From IMG/VR virus record IMGVR_UViG_3300049794_000047: a stretch of 64,000 nt of DNA. One strand, written 5' to 3'. Origin of the DNA: a virus. Its lineage: Duplodnaviria; Caudoviricetes. A model generated the notes under the pieces. That model was given only the letters and a program-made list of their open reading frames with translations. It did no database searches and was not told the origin of the DNA. Below, piece by piece: positions 10,504 to 21,399 of the stretch (its first letter is position 1; each line of letters begins with the position of its first letter). Made by a program: the position numbers and the translations under genes.

Positions 10504-11307
10504 GTGAGTGACTTGAGCAACGAGAAGCTGGCAGCCCTACTATCCGAACCCAAGGGAGCTGGGATCGCCGATACGCATCGCATGGTGGTCGAGATTGTCA
10601 GTCACCGCACTGTCCGTGCCGCCAGCGCCGTGCAGATACGGACAGTGGTGCGCGCAGCGTTCGCCACTGTGTTAGAACTGAGCGGCGAACACTTCGCCCA
10701 GCGCCACATCGAGGACATCGCCACCCGAGCCGCGAAGCAGTTGACCGCGGCGAAAACGACCACGGTCCCTGGAGAACTGGCCGAGCACGACCGCCGTACC
10801 CTCACTCTTGGACGCGACTGGGCTCGCCAGGAGGCTTGCTCCGCCAAGGAAAACTGTGATGACAGCGACGTCGCCATGTTGACTGCTATTGCCGATCTCC
10901 TTGACCGACTGCTCACCTCGTCGCTCGACCTCCGAACTCCACAATTGCCTGAAAACACGGTGCGTGACTTGACTGCCGTCACGCGACGACTCTACGAAAC
11001 CAGTGAGCGTGCACCAGACGTGTGCCATGTACCGATGCGACTCGTACGGCAGGATCGCTTCGACGATCTGCTTGTCGCCCTCGAGTCCGCCAGTGCCGCC
11101 AGTGCCCATTTCGTCGTTGCCCTGCTCGACGCGGCCCTCCCACCGCCCCCGGTTGAAGTCCAGTTGGTGACGCGCGGCGACGGCCGTGTCGACTCAGTGT
11201 GGTCGACCCGCGATGATGCCGACGCGCGACTCTCGGATCTCTTGAAGATCGACCCGCACAGCGCCCGCGACGTCCGCCCCGTTGGCGGAAAAGTCGGACG
11301 CAGATAG
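10504..11307 (+). CDS. Hypothetical protein
   Basis: Long co-oriented ORF. Confidence 0.55.
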   Translation: MSDLSNEKLAALLSEPKGAGIADTHRMVVEIVSHRTVRAASAVQIRTVVRAAFATVLELSGEHFAQRHIEDIATRAAKQLTAAKTTTVPGELAEHDRRTLTLGRDWARQEACSAKENCDDSDVAMLTAIADLLDRLLTSSLDLRTPQLPENTVRDLTAVTRRLYETSERAPDVCHVPMRLVRQDRFDDLLVALESASAASAHFVVALLDAALPPPPVEVQLVTRGDGRVDSVWSTRDDADARLSDLLKIDPHSARDVRPVGGKVGRR

Positions 11308-11955
11308 GCGCCGGTGCAATGAGCGCCGATCAGATCTGGATCCTCGAGAAGCATCAGGACCTGCGGGCCGTCATCAAGATCTCAGCCGGCAACGTCATGA
11401 TCGCGGAGCAGCGTCGCGATAACGCACGCGGTGAGTGGTTGCAGGTCTACGACGGCCCGGCGGCGATCCCCCTGTCGATCGCCGCCCTGAACAAGCTCGT
11501 GAGCGTCCTCCCCGAGGTCCTCGACGCGATCGATCCGCCGGCCGAGCCGCCCTGCGCTTCAGCCGCCCCCCCGAAAAAGATCAAGAGCGCTCGCAAGGGA
11601 GCCCGCCAATGACGGGCCTGATGCAGGAAATGCTGCGCTGCCTCGACGCTCAGCTGGAGGTGCGCACGTTCGGAAAGACACACCGCCCCGAGGAGATCGC
11701 CAAGCTCAATGCCGCCAAGGCACGGCTACGCGATCTGCAGACTACCTACCCGGCGTCGTGGCCGATGCTCAAACGACGCCTGGGACAGTGTCAAGTACGC
11801 TCCATCATAGAGGAATCGTCTCGTCCGCATGAAAAGAATCTCCTCTCGCACGAGAAGCTTGCACACATCCAGCCGTTCGTGAGCTCCTCGGCGATTGAGA
11901 ACAACGCCGCCATGCAGGACCGCGCATTTCCAAATCTTCCCCAGAGACGGCCGTA

Positions 11956-12507
11956 ATGCCCACAAAGTTGGAACACCTGCGGGCACTCTCCCGACGCTGC
12001 CGCGACTTCGGCGGCAGACTCATGATTGTTTCGCTGCCCGAGTTCGAGTCTTTGGTCGATGCGGCAGACGACGCGGCAGACGACGCGGCAGACGACGCGG
12101 CAGACGACGCGGAATTTAGCGAGTCCCCATCCACAGCGTTTCACGGTCTGTGGTGGAGCAGGAAGATCGTCTATGCGGCGCGCGGACACGAGAAGATTGG
12201 CACCGTCATCCATGAAATGGGTCACGTGTTCGCCGCTCCGCACCACCCCAACCATCCATGTAACCATTCATGTAGCATGTGCCTCGAGTGGAACTGGCTC
12301 GGATGGGAAATTGCACTCGCGCGCCAGGTCAACGCCTATCGAACATGGTCTCGGCAAAACGCCGACTACCTAACCGGCGATAGGAGGGGCGAAGAGTGGG
12401 GGAAGATCTCGTCCGCACAACGCTGCGCCATCGTTGCTGATCGCCTTGTCCATGCGAAAAAGACCGGCATCCTTGACGCGAAGGGAGCCCCCAGGAGTAT
12501 CCGATGA
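11956..12507 (+). CDS. Hypothetical protein with an HExxH zincin-like motif and a DDAA repeat
   Basis: VIHEMGHV; 12-bp repeat gacgacgcggca at about 12058-12111. Confidence 0.55.
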   Translation: MPTKLEHLRALSRRCRDFGGRLMIVSLPEFESLVDAADDAADDAADDAADDAEFSESPSTAFHGLWWSRKIVYAARGHEKIGTVIHEMGHVFAAPHHPNHPCNHSCSMCLEWNWLGWEIALARQVNAYRTWSRQNADYLTGDRRGEEWGKISSAQRCAIVADRLVHAKKTGILDAKGAPRSIR

Positions 12508-13129
12508 AGAAGGATCACTAGATGTCGCACCACCACTGCCCCCCCTCGCGGCGCGGACATTCATGGCAGACACTTCCACGCGTCCCGCTGTCCAAGGGGC
12601 CCCCGACGCTTCGTGATCTCGAGTTGCGCACGTGCACACGATGCGGAGCCCTCGGTCGTGTCAGCAACCAGGGAGTGATTCACCTCGTGGAGACACCGTG
12701 AACCCAAAAGCCGTCGACTGGAAAACCTTCACGTGCGGCTCGATCATGACCACCACCTCACGGACTGCGAGCTCACCCGCGCCAGAACCCCCTGACACAA
12801 CGCTCGCGCTCTCCGAGCGCGCTCGCGCGTTATGGATGCACATGACCCGCCACAACACCTGCGACCAGTTCTGCAGGACCAAGGAACCACCATGAGCGCA
12901 GACAACCAAGCACCTCCTGATCGGCCCCGAAAAGGGGGCGAAGCTCCGCGCCGCGGGATTCCTCGTCGAAAATGACGTAGAAACAACGTGCGACTGACGC
13001 CGAAAAACGTCAGCGCCCTTCTCGAGACTACACTCGGTGCCGGGTCGCCCTGAATCCCTACGGCTTGGAGCTACGGCCCAACTACTACACCAGCGCACAC
13101 ACCGCCCCCGCGCCAGGAGAACCTAACCC

Positions 13130-13387
13130 ATGCGTCTTTACGTACTGTTCGCACAGCGTCGTGAGTCATACTCCGGTGAATTCGCGCCCGAGGCGCTCGA
13201 ATCGGTAACCGAGTTCCAGATCGAAGAGAACCCTCACCTGCTACCAGGTCTCCTACATGAGCACCAGGTCAAGCTCGGAAACGAAATCGAAGCGATCAAC
13301 TGGGTCTCACTGGAGGTCGATGCCAGCGCGGTCAAAGCCAAGATCATCCCCCACCAGCGCTCACTCAAGGCGCCGGTGGTGCCGTAA
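13130..13387 (+). CDS. Hypothetical protein; its TAA stop is a MITE target site
   Basis: AGGAG RBS; stop TAA 13385-13387 abuts the MITE. Confidence 0.6.
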   Translation: MRLYVLFAQRRESYSGEFAPEALESVTEFQIEENPHLLPGLLHEHQVKLGNEIEAINWVSLEVDASAVKAKIIPHQRSLKAPVVP

Positions 13388-13473
13388 GGGGCTGGACTTT
13401 ATTAACTTGGTCATTTGACTGATTTTCGGACGAAGATCCACCCGAAATGACCAGGTTATTTCGTTCCAGCCCC
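13388..13473. mobile_element. MITE family 1, copy 1 (86 bp, TAA target duplication)
   Basis: About 29-bp imperfect TIRs GGGGCTGGA...TCCAGCCCC, flanked by TAA/TAA. Confidence 0.9.
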
Positions 13474-13930
13474 TAAGTAAGACACAAGCATCGGCCTTGA
13501 CGCGCGCCTCTCCCCCGTAGGCCCCAAAGGAACCTCCGAGATGAGTGAACAACCGCAAACCAACACAGCTGCCGACGACCTGAAACTCATCCGGCTCAAC
13601 AGCCGCGGGACCCATGAGCCCGACAATCTCCACGCCGCCGACTACCCCTACAAGCTTGTCGTGCATCTCAGCCCTCCAGAATTTATGCAGGTCGCCTTCA
13701 TCCTGCTGCACGGCGGAAGTGAAGAACTGATCGTGCGTGGCAAGACCCGCGATGCCCTCGACCGCTTCATCACGAAGAACGCCCTCACACAACACCCCGC
13801 GCCTGCGCAGTATGACGATCACAGCTCCCAACGGGGCTGCAGAAGAGATCCGCCGGTGATTGACAACAGTGGACCGTGGCCGCGGCTGACTCCAACAGCG
13901 ATCGACCTAGCCAGTCCCTTCGCCTCGTTC

Positions 13931-15376
13931 ATGGGGCAAGATGAACTTTCTATCGAGCTCTCGGACGACCTGGCCATCCCCCACGCGACCCAGCTGACGG
14001 TCGACCCGCCAACCTCGCTTGTGCGCCGCGACAGCCTCCAAGAGTTGCTCCCCGGTACGATCGTGGGCGAGAACTACGAGGTCGGAGAGAGACTCGGCGC
14101 TGGAGCAATGGGAGAGGTTTACGCAGCGCTCCACATAGGGCTCGGCAAGCACGTCGCAATCAAGGTGATCGCCCAGCGCCTCTCGAAGGATGTCCGCTCA
14201 ATCGGACGCTTCGTCACGGAGGCCCGAACACTCGCGCAGATCCAGCATCCCGCCATCGTCACGGTGGAGCACTTCGGGAAATTGCCAGACGGTCGCGTCT
14301 ACTTCGTGATGGAACACCTGCGCGGAGAAGCACTGTCCGAGCGGCTAGCACGTGGACGCATCCCCCTTTGCGAAGCACTGCACATCCTCGACCAGATGGC
14401 ACGCGGACTCGAGGCCGCACACGGCAGCGGCGTCATCCACCGTGATCTCAAACCCGACAATACGTTCCTGGTCCAGCTTGCCGGGGAAAGACCCGCCGTC
14501 AAGCTTCTCGACTTCGGGCTCGCCAAACTTGCCACCAAGCGCGCGGAGAACAGCAGCGTGCCTCGGGCACCACTGTACACCAAGCGCGCGGAGAACGGCG
14601 CCGAGCCCCGCGCACCATTGCCCTCGGAGAGCGGTACCGCGATCAGCACATCGCTGTACACCGAGCACACCGAACACTCCGAGCACACCGAGCACTCGGA
14701 GAACAGCGTCGCGATCGACACATCGCTGTACACCGAGCACTCGGAGAGCGGTGTCACGATCGGCACACCGCTATACATGTCCCCCGAGCAGGCGCATGGC
14801 TTCAACGTCGATCACCGCACTGACATCTACGCGCTCGGCTGTGTCGCCTACGAGTTGGTACTCGGCGTCCGGCCCTTCCCGCAGGCACAGACGGCGCCCG
14901 AGATTTATGCGGCGCACCTCCATGAATCCCCTCCCGTGCCGCGATCGATCTGGCCAGAGATCCCGCCACATCTTGACCGCTTACTGTTCGCGATGCTCGC
15001 CAAAGATCGGGCACACCGGCCAACGCTTGCGCAGGTCCGATCCGTCGTCACGGGCCTCCGCACATCCACATTCCAGCAAACCGCGACGGCACCCCTCAAG
15101 CCACACGCGCTGAAGAAGAGGCCGAGGGTGGCGGCAGTTTTTGCGTTCATGCTCGGTGCTCTGGTCACCGGAACCACACTCGGCGCCGCCATCGGTACCA
15201 CGATCAACGCCAAGAGCAAGGACACCCAGCCCAGGCTCCTCACCCCAATCCAGTCCCCTCCACCCGTGTTCCCAGCACCTTCACCCACTCCAAGCGAGTA
15301 CGCCAAGCAGCCGCAACCCCAAAACACGAGCAGCGCCAAATCCTTGCCGGCCCGTGCTTGCACGCACTGTGAATAG
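13931..15376 (+). CDS. Hanks-type Ser/Thr protein kinase with a C-terminal TM helix
   Basis: LGAGAMGEVY, VAIKVI, HRDLKPDN, DFGLAK, GTPLYMSPEQ and DIYALG; hydrophobic segment VAAVFAFMLGALV. Start uncertain. Confidence 0.9.
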   Translation: MGQDELSIELSDDLAIPHATQLTVDPPTSLVRRDSLQELLPGTIVGENYEVGERLGAGAMGEVYAALHIGLGKHVAIKVIAQRLSKDVRSIGRFVTEARTLAQIQHPAIVTVEHFGKLPDGRVYFVMEHLRGEALSERLARGRIPLCEALHILDQMARGLEAAHGSGVIHRDLKPDNTFLVQLAGERPAVKLLDFGLAKLATKRAENSSVPRAPLYTKRAENGAEPRAPLPSESGTAISTSLYTEHTEHSEHTEHSENSVAIDTSLYTEHSESGVTIGTPLYMSPEQAHGFNVDHRTDIYALGCVAYELVLGVRPFPQAQTAPEIYAAHLHESPPVPRSIWPEIPPHLDRLLFAMLAKDRAHRPTLAQVRSVVTGLRTSTFQQTATAPLKPHALKKRPRVAAVFAFMLGALVTGTTLGAAIGTTINAKSKDTQPRLLTPIQSPPPVFPAPSPTPSEYAKQPQPQNTSSAKSLPARACTHCE

Positions 15377-15423
15377 GCTACTCTCCACGACGGAAGAAAT
15401 AAAAGGCAGCCGCCAGAGACCTC

Positions 15424-16419
15424 ATGACGACAAAAGATGCCAAGCACGAGGACCAGGGAATCCGGATCGTCGGCCAAGACCGCCAGGAGATCACGGAGGT
15501 CAGGCAGTGGAACCGACTGCTCAGACACCTCCTGCAGCCGATCGATCTCCACGACCCCGTCCGCGACCCCGTCCAAGTTGAGATCGCGGCGGACGACGGG
15601 CTGCTGTGTGTATGGGCCGCCGAGGGTGAAGTTCTCGCCCAATTCCCTCATGACGCTCCCCACGAGGCCCGGCAGTACCTGTCCAAGTTAAGCAACCAGT
15701 CGAACTGTCAGCTCTGGCTCCGGAGCCGGAATGCCCGCGGCACCATCGTCCACACCTACGCGTTACAAGTCGAGTGTCTCCGGCACGGTGAACGGGACCA
15801 CAACCTGGCACGAGAAACGACGCTCGATGCCGTCGTTGACGCGCTCCGGCGCTGCACCCCGATCCACGAAGAGGACGTTGAGCGAATTGCCGAGGTCCTT
15901 TGGGAAAGCCTCGACCCGATCGTCACGCGCGCCTATGACGAAGATCCGCGGCAGACTATGGCCGAAATACAGCGCGACCTGAGGGTGCAGAGCGAGGGCA
16001 TTCGCCACCGTGCCGCACAGTTCGCCACCGCCGCCGCGCGCGCCGAGCACCTTGGCCTCGACGAGATCATCGCGAAGATGCAGGCTCGTTACGACGCGGC
16101 CGTCAAGAGCGAGCCAAACGCGAACACCTTCGAGGCTCATATGGATCGTTCCCTCCGCATCGACGAGGACGTTGGGCGCGAAAACGGCCCGACTGTCCCG
16201 CGTGCCTACGACCGGAGCGGGCTCTCTGCGGCGGCGGTGACCGCCGCAGCACGCAACATCGGCCTCGACCTGACGTGCGGTGCGTGTGCCTCCGTGTACT
16301 TCACGGGGATCCGCGACGCCGGAGAGCACACGTCGGCGTGTGCCTCAATCCCAGCGCTTCGTGCCCGGATCGATGGCCGCGCCACGGCCACCAACGATCA
16401 TCCGCGCCCGGAGCGTTAA
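15424..16419 (+). CDS. Hypothetical protein
   Basis: 331-aa co-oriented ORF with a C-terminal CGAC motif. Confidence 0.55.
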   Translation: MTTKDAKHEDQGIRIVGQDRQEITEVRQWNRLLRHLLQPIDLHDPVRDPVQVEIAADDGLLCVWAAEGEVLAQFPHDAPHEARQYLSKLSNQSNCQLWLRSRNARGTIVHTYALQVECLRHGERDHNLARETTLDAVVDALRRCTPIHEEDVERIAEVLWESLDPIVTRAYDEDPRQTMAEIQRDLRVQSEGIRHRAAQFATAAARAEHLGLDEIIAKMQARYDAAVKSEPNANTFEAHMDRSLRIDEDVGRENGPTVPRAYDRSGLSAAAVTAAARNIGLDLTCGACASVYFTGIRDAGEHTSACASIPALRARIDGRATATNDHPRPER

Positions 16420-16494
16420 CATGACTGACGTGCCCGGAGCGTCAAGCTGGACTCTATCGTCGCCAGGCAGCCCCGCGCAGGACGGAATGAACCG

Positions 16495-16995
16495 ATGATT
16501 ATTGACTGGACCGAGACGATCTCGCAGTTGGTACACGTGGATGTCGAGCGCCGAACGATCGACGCGACCAAATGGTTGTCGACGCTACCCGTCTGGTACC
16601 GTGCAGCTGCCGCGGGCATCGTGTGTCACTGGGCCCGCATCCTCGAGCTTCCCGTCGTGCGGGCAGGCACCGCCGCGGAATGGATCCTGGACATTCGTCG
16701 GGCAGCAAAGCTCCTGACGCCCCCCTGCGTCAGCCAGGCGCGAGCGCGCGGCATCATCGAGTGGCGACACCCCGCGGATAGGCTGTCGAACGACCCGACA
16801 TACGGCATGTGCTGGGCAGACAAGGTCGACGGCACGTACTTGTGCTGGACAGGTCTCACGAACCTGGAATGCCTGGGCGGGTACCTCACGACGCGGCACC
16901 TCACAGATGTTACGCCATTGGGCGTCGCCGCGGAGGATATTGTCGCCTATGTTCATTACCAGTGCGCGATTCGCGGTCACAGCCAGGCGCTATAA
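16495..16995 (+). CDS. Hypothetical protein
   Basis: Co-oriented ORF. Confidence 0.5.
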   Translation: MIIDWTETISQLVHVDVERRTIDATKWLSTLPVWYRAAAAGIVCHWARILELPVVRAGTAAEWILDIRRAAKLLTPPCVSQARARGIIEWRHPADRLSNDPTYGMCWADKVDGTYLCWTGLTNLECLGGYLTTRHLTDVTPLGVAAEDIVAYVHYQCAIRGHSQAL

Positions 16996-17405
16996 CAACC
17001 AACGGCGTCGCGCCAGCACCCGCGACAACGCCGGCCGTGCCCACAAGGGAGCAAGACGAAGTGAGCAGACAACTGAAACCCGGTCCCAAGCCACGCCCCA
17101 AACTCCCGGTGCCTCTCACTGAACGCGAAAACACTCGTGTAATGAGACCGGCAGGCGCGCGCTGCGCGCTGTGTCAACTCTCCGCAGGAGACGACGACCG
17201 AGGTGTGATACAGGTGACCATCATGTACGGCGGCCACACGTACGGCGACGAGGGTAACGAGCTGACGTCGCTCTGGAAGCACCTGTACCTGTGCGACCCA
17301 TGCGTCAAGGTGATCCAGGGACAGGGCTAGACATGAGTAACCACACGCGCGCCGGCAGCGGGTGCTTCAGGGAACCGGCAGCGAGCGGGCGCTTCAGGGA
17401 ACAAC

Positions 17406-17791
17406 ATGACTAAGGGGCTGGACTTTATTAACTTGGTCATTTGACTGATTTTCGGACGAAGATCCACCCGAAATGACCAGGTTATTTCGTTCCAGCCCCT
17501 AAGTATCGTCACCTCTACAACGAAAACGCGCGCCTCCACAGGGCGCTTGTCGAGGCAAACACCGAAATCGAGGCGCTGAAGTCTGATCGTGGTTATCAGG
17601 TACTACTGGACAACTCGCCTGACGAGCACGACGCGACTAACGGGGGCGCCGTAGACTTCGAGTCGTCGTGGTGGCCGGGGCTCATCGCGAGGTTGAACCA
17701 TCTGCACAAGAGCTTGGTCGCTAAGCCCAAGGAATTACGGATGGGCTCCATCCGGAGGGCATCCTCAACGCATACCGTGAGGGCGACTTGA
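17406..17791 (+). pseudogene. Small ORF interrupted by MITE copy 2 just after its ATG
   Basis: Removing the element and one TAA gives MTKYRHLYNENARLHRALVEANTEIEALKSDRG... Confidence 0.6.
17414..17499. mobile_element. MITE family 1, copy 2 (identical to copy 1)
   Basis: Same 86-bp sequence, flanked by TAA/TAA. Confidence 0.9.
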
Positions 17792-18055
17792 ACTTTGATG
17801 AGGCGCGTGACATCCTGAGCTCAGTGGAATTTTCAGCTGTCTGTGCCGAGCTCCGCCGCGTACGAACGACGAATATTACCTAGTGACAGCCTCCAATGCT
17901 TGATCCAACAACCTGTCAAGGCGCCGAGCGTGCCTATTCAGATGCACGCGCGATCAAGTACGTCGCGTCGCAGTCGCAGCAGAGCGCGAGCAGCGTCGTG
18001 CCACCCCCGCACACGATTTTCACGCGCCGCTGGTGAAATACTGAAAGGGCACTCG

Positions 18056-18886
18056 ATGGCGAACAACCGCATGAGCTTGATCAATACCGCAACGGGACAA
18101 TGCGTGCTCCTCGCAACGCATCTCGCGACCAAGTGGCGAGCCCTCGCGGGCATCGAGGACAAGCTTGATCTCACGTTCACTGCTGAACTTGCGGAGTTTC
18201 CAGCCGCGTGGGGATCTACGGCGTGGCGCATCGAGTACGAAACCGACGAGCCTGTCCTCGACGAAGAGTTACGAAGGACGGTGGAAAAGCATGTCACCCC
18301 CGCGCTCGGTGTGACCTCAAATTCAACACGGGACTGGTTCTACGGGGTGCTGCAGACGTACGCGGTGTTCTGCAAGTTCGTGCCCGACGCCGCGTCGCGC
18401 ACTGAGCTAGCCGCGGCAATCGAAGCGTCGCTGCGCGCGTGGTCGCGCGGCGTGGAGCCGAGCGCCGCGCACCGCGCGACGATCGAAGCATGGGTGGTTC
18501 GTGGGGACATCGACGTCATCATCGCACCGGCCCTCGTGGCGCTGTTCGAGCAGATCGAGGTGGGAGGGCGACCGGCGCTGGTTACCGGCACCAACGTACC
18601 CCTTGACCGCCTCGACCGCCTGCAGCGACGGATCCTGGAGATTTGGGCGGACGCGCTGCGCCAGCCCCTTCCCGGAGTGACCGAAAGCGCGGCCCGAGCA
18701 GGCCAGCAGATGGCCGACGAGCTCGTCCGGGCAAGCGAGGGACGAGCGCTGACAGACGACGATCTCGATAGCCTAGAAGCGTTGGCCGTCGGGGAAGGTC
18801 CGCGCGGGAGAGCACTGCGCCGAGCACTCGAAGTGTGCGAAGGACAGATAGCGCGGACCATGCTTATAGAGTCGTACGAATTTTGA
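18056..18886 (+). CDS. Hypothetical protein
   Basis: Within ORF 17843..18886; probable start MANNRM. Confidence 0.5.
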   Translation: MANNRMSLINTATGQCVLLATHLATKWRALAGIEDKLDLTFTAELAEFPAAWGSTAWRIEYETDEPVLDEELRRTVEKHVTPALGVTSNSTRDWFYGVLQTYAVFCKFVPDAASRTELAAAIEASLRAWSRGVEPSAAHRATIEAWVVRGDIDVIIAPALVALFEQIEVGGRPALVTGTNVPLDRLDRLQRRILEIWADALRQPLPGVTESAARAGQQMADELVRASEGRALTDDDLDSLEALAVGEGPRGRALRRALEVCEGQIARTMLIESYEF

Positions 18887-19121
18887 GTGACGACTCCAAG
18901 ACTTTCTTTCTCCGCAGGCCTTGGTCGCCGACAGCGCCGATCCAACGAGGCAGCAGGGTAACAGTCAGGGACCCCCTCCAAGGACCGGCCGTGGCCTTCA
19001 TTCCGATCGGCCCCAAGGGCTCCGCGTGGGACACGTCGGAGTGGCGCGTTGACGAGGTCCCGATCGACCACCGGCACGTTGACTGCGGTGTCGGGACCCC
19101 TCTTCATGCGCGTCACCATGA

Positions 19122-20774
19122 ATGGATCAGGCAACTGTGACAACGTTTGATAAAGAGCCCCCACCCCTGTTCCAGCACCAACAAAAGCTCCTTGATCAGA
19201 CATGGGAGCTACCTGCATGGGCAGTCTTCCTACAAACAGGAGTTGGAAAAACGGCCCCGTCGGTCCATACGGCCGCGCGCCTCTATCAAGCACAACGCAT
19301 TGATGGAGCAATCGTCGTTGCACCAAACATGGTGCACCGGAACTGGATCACCGATGAAATCCCGAAGCATTCACCCATCCCCTGGAGGGGGCTTGACTGG
19401 CACAGCTCACGAGGCAAGGCGCAGGACCGTGCCCTAGCGAGCTTGCTCGAAACGCCGAAGAGTACACTGCCCTGGTTCGCGATCACATATGACGGACTTA
19501 TCACACCCCGGGGCCGTAAGGCCGTTCTCGACTTCCTCATGCGCTTTCCGCGCGCGATACTGATCGTCGATGAGGGATCTCGCGTCAAGAATCCGGAGGC
19601 CCTGCGGACGAAGAAGGTCGCGGCCCTGCGAAAGCTGTCAGCGTACATCCGACTCTTGAACGGAACACCCACGACGCAGGCTCCCACTGAGATCTACGCG
19701 CAGATGAAGCTACTCGATGACATGTACTGGGTACGCCATGGTATCGGATCGTTCACGTCCTTCAAGTCGCGGTTTTGCGTGTTCAAAAAAATCACGATCG
19801 GCGGCGAGGACGACCGTGAAGCGAACGAGTTGAAGAGCCCCAGGAAGCGAGAGCCCATCGTCCCCCACGACGCGGATCCCGAGGGCGTCATGGCCTACGA
19901 GCAACTGGACCTGGAAGGGCTCCTTGAGACCACTGTGGCACCTCCAGTAAAGCGCCCTTCGAATCAGCCGGCTACGACGGGCCGAACGATCGAAATCGTC
20001 GTCGGCTACCGAGAGCTAGACAAACTTCACGAGATGATCCAGCCGCTGTCAACGCGACTCACGAAAGAGCAGGCAGGACTCAATCTTCCACCCAAACTCT
20101 ATCAACGCCTCGTGTTCGAGCTCGTGCCTGAGCAGCGCCGCGTCTACGATCAACTCCGCAAGGAGTACATGGTGGAGCTGGACAACGGCGTCCTCGTCAC
20201 GGCTGCGCTCGCGATGGTTCGGATCCTTCGTCTTCAGCAGGTTGCTTGCGGATACCTGCCGAATCCGGATGATCCCGAAGGTGAGCCGATCCTTGTTCCG
20301 AAGGGAGAGAACCCTCGTCTCGCGGCGTTCATGGATTGGCTCGAAGACATCGGGTCACAGCAGTGCATTGTCTGGTGCCGTTTCACGCGCGACGTCGATT
20401 TGATCACCCGTGCCCTCGGTCCCCCGCGCTGCGTGCGCTTTGACGGCCAAGTAAACGAGAAGGAGAAGATCAAGGCGCTTGATCTTTTCACCAGCGGCAA
20501 GCGCCCGATCTGCGTCGCAAAGGCATCGAGCATGGGCATGGGGCTGACCCTCGTGAACAGCTCGATCAGCTTCTATTACAGCAACACCTTCTCACTGTTG
20601 GAGCGGCTCCAGAGCGAGGATCGCCAGCACCGACCCGGGCAGCACAACCCCGTCACCTACGTTGATCTCATCGCGGACAAAACGGTGGACGAAAGGATTT
20701 TGCAATCGTTGCGTGCAAATGATGAGATGGCCCGGAGAGTCGTTGGTGATGCTTTCCGAGAGTGGCTGGCATGA
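19122..20774 (+). CDS. SNF2-family (SF2) helicase/ATPase
   Basis: Motif I QTGVGKT, IVVAP, motif II IVDEGS, motif III LNGTP, RLQQV, GMGLTL and motif VI QSEDRQHRPGQ. Confidence 0.9.
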   Translation: MDQATVTTFDKEPPPLFQHQQKLLDQTWELPAWAVFLQTGVGKTAPSVHTAARLYQAQRIDGAIVVAPNMVHRNWITDEIPKHSPIPWRGLDWHSSRGKAQDRALASLLETPKSTLPWFAITYDGLITPRGRKAVLDFLMRFPRAILIVDEGSRVKNPEALRTKKVAALRKLSAYIRLLNGTPTTQAPTEIYAQMKLLDDMYWVRHGIGSFTSFKSRFCVFKKITIGGEDDREANELKSPRKREPIVPHDADPEGVMAYEQLDLEGLLETTVAPPVKRPSNQPATTGRTIEIVVGYRELDKLHEMIQPLSTRLTKEQAGLNLPPKLYQRLVFELVPEQRRVYDQLRKEYMVELDNGVLVTAALAMVRILRLQQVACGYLPNPDDPEGEPILVPKGENPRLAAFMDWLEDIGSQQCIVWCRFTRDVDLITRALGPPRCVRFDGQVNEKEKIKALDLFTSGKRPICVAKASSMGMGLTLVNSSISFYYSNTFSLLERLQSEDRQHRPGQHNPVTYVDLIADKTVDERILQSLRANDEMARRVVGDAFREWLA

Positions 20775-20810
20775 ACAGCGACGCCGGGCACGTTTTCGAC
20801 GGTCAGCACT

Positions 20811-20930
20811 GCGCGGACATTGCGGCATCCCCCGCCGGGTCGAACCGCAATGGACCGTGAGGGATCGGCAACGATGTTCAGCCGCGCGCGGACATTGCAG
20901 CATCCCCCGCCGGGTCGAACCGCAATGGAC
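20811..20930. repeat. 45-bp direct repeat pair
   Basis: gcgcggacattgc(g/a)gcatcccccgccgggtcgaaccgcaatggac at 20811-20855 and 20886-20930. Confidence 0.85.
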
Positions 20931-21125
20931 GTCGAGGTCGTGCGCGACACCGTGCGCGTGCTGCGCGAGGCCGGCACACCGCTACCGCGCCGCGAGATCG
21001 CGGCACGGCTCGGGATCCAGCCCTGGGCGGCGACGTACCGGCTCGACAAGGCCGTCGAGCTGAAGTTCGTCGAGAAGCTCGGCGGCGGACTTTACCGCGT
21101 CACCGACGTCGTGCCGGCGCTCTAG
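20925..21125 (+). CDS. Small winged-HTH protein, paralog of 38951..39298
   Basis: RVLREAGTPLPRREIAARLGI...YRVTDVVPAL. Confidence 0.65.
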   Translation: MDVEVVRDTVRVLREAGTPLPRREIAARLGIQPWAATYRLDKAVELKFVEKLGGGLYRVTDVVPAL

Positions 21126-21328
21126 TCATGACGGCTCTCCTGCTTTTCTTGACGGCTCTCCTGACGGGCGCACCGGAGCAGACGCTCAGTGACCCACGCG
21201 GACAGCGAGATCCCCGCCCGCGCAGCGGCAGCCAAGAACTCGGTCATGTGGGACTCGGCGACGCGCACGCGGAGGTGCGACTCCTTGCGCGCCGCGGCAG
21301 GCTTCCGGCGCTTGATGCGATCTGTCAT
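21122..21328 (-). CDS. Ribbon-helix-helix-like DNA-binding protein
   Basis: LRVRV..AAAARAGISLSAWV; paralog of 38706..38954. Confidence 0.65.
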   Translation of the reverse strand: MTDRIKRRKPAAARKESHLRVRVAESHMTEFLAAAARAGISLSAWVTERLLRCARQESRQEKQESRHD

Positions 21329-21399
21329 GGGCCCCAACGTATTCCGTCTGTGCCCGGCACGCAAGCACGGGATCGCGGCGCGGATGTCGTACTGATGTA

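Noticed and set aside
13541-13930. 611-aa kinase with a novel N-terminal domain
   Set aside because: A one-base shift at the C run near 13795 gives a self-contained small gene ending ...HPRLRSMTITAPNGAAEEIRR*. The fusion is probably a frameshift or sequencing artefact.
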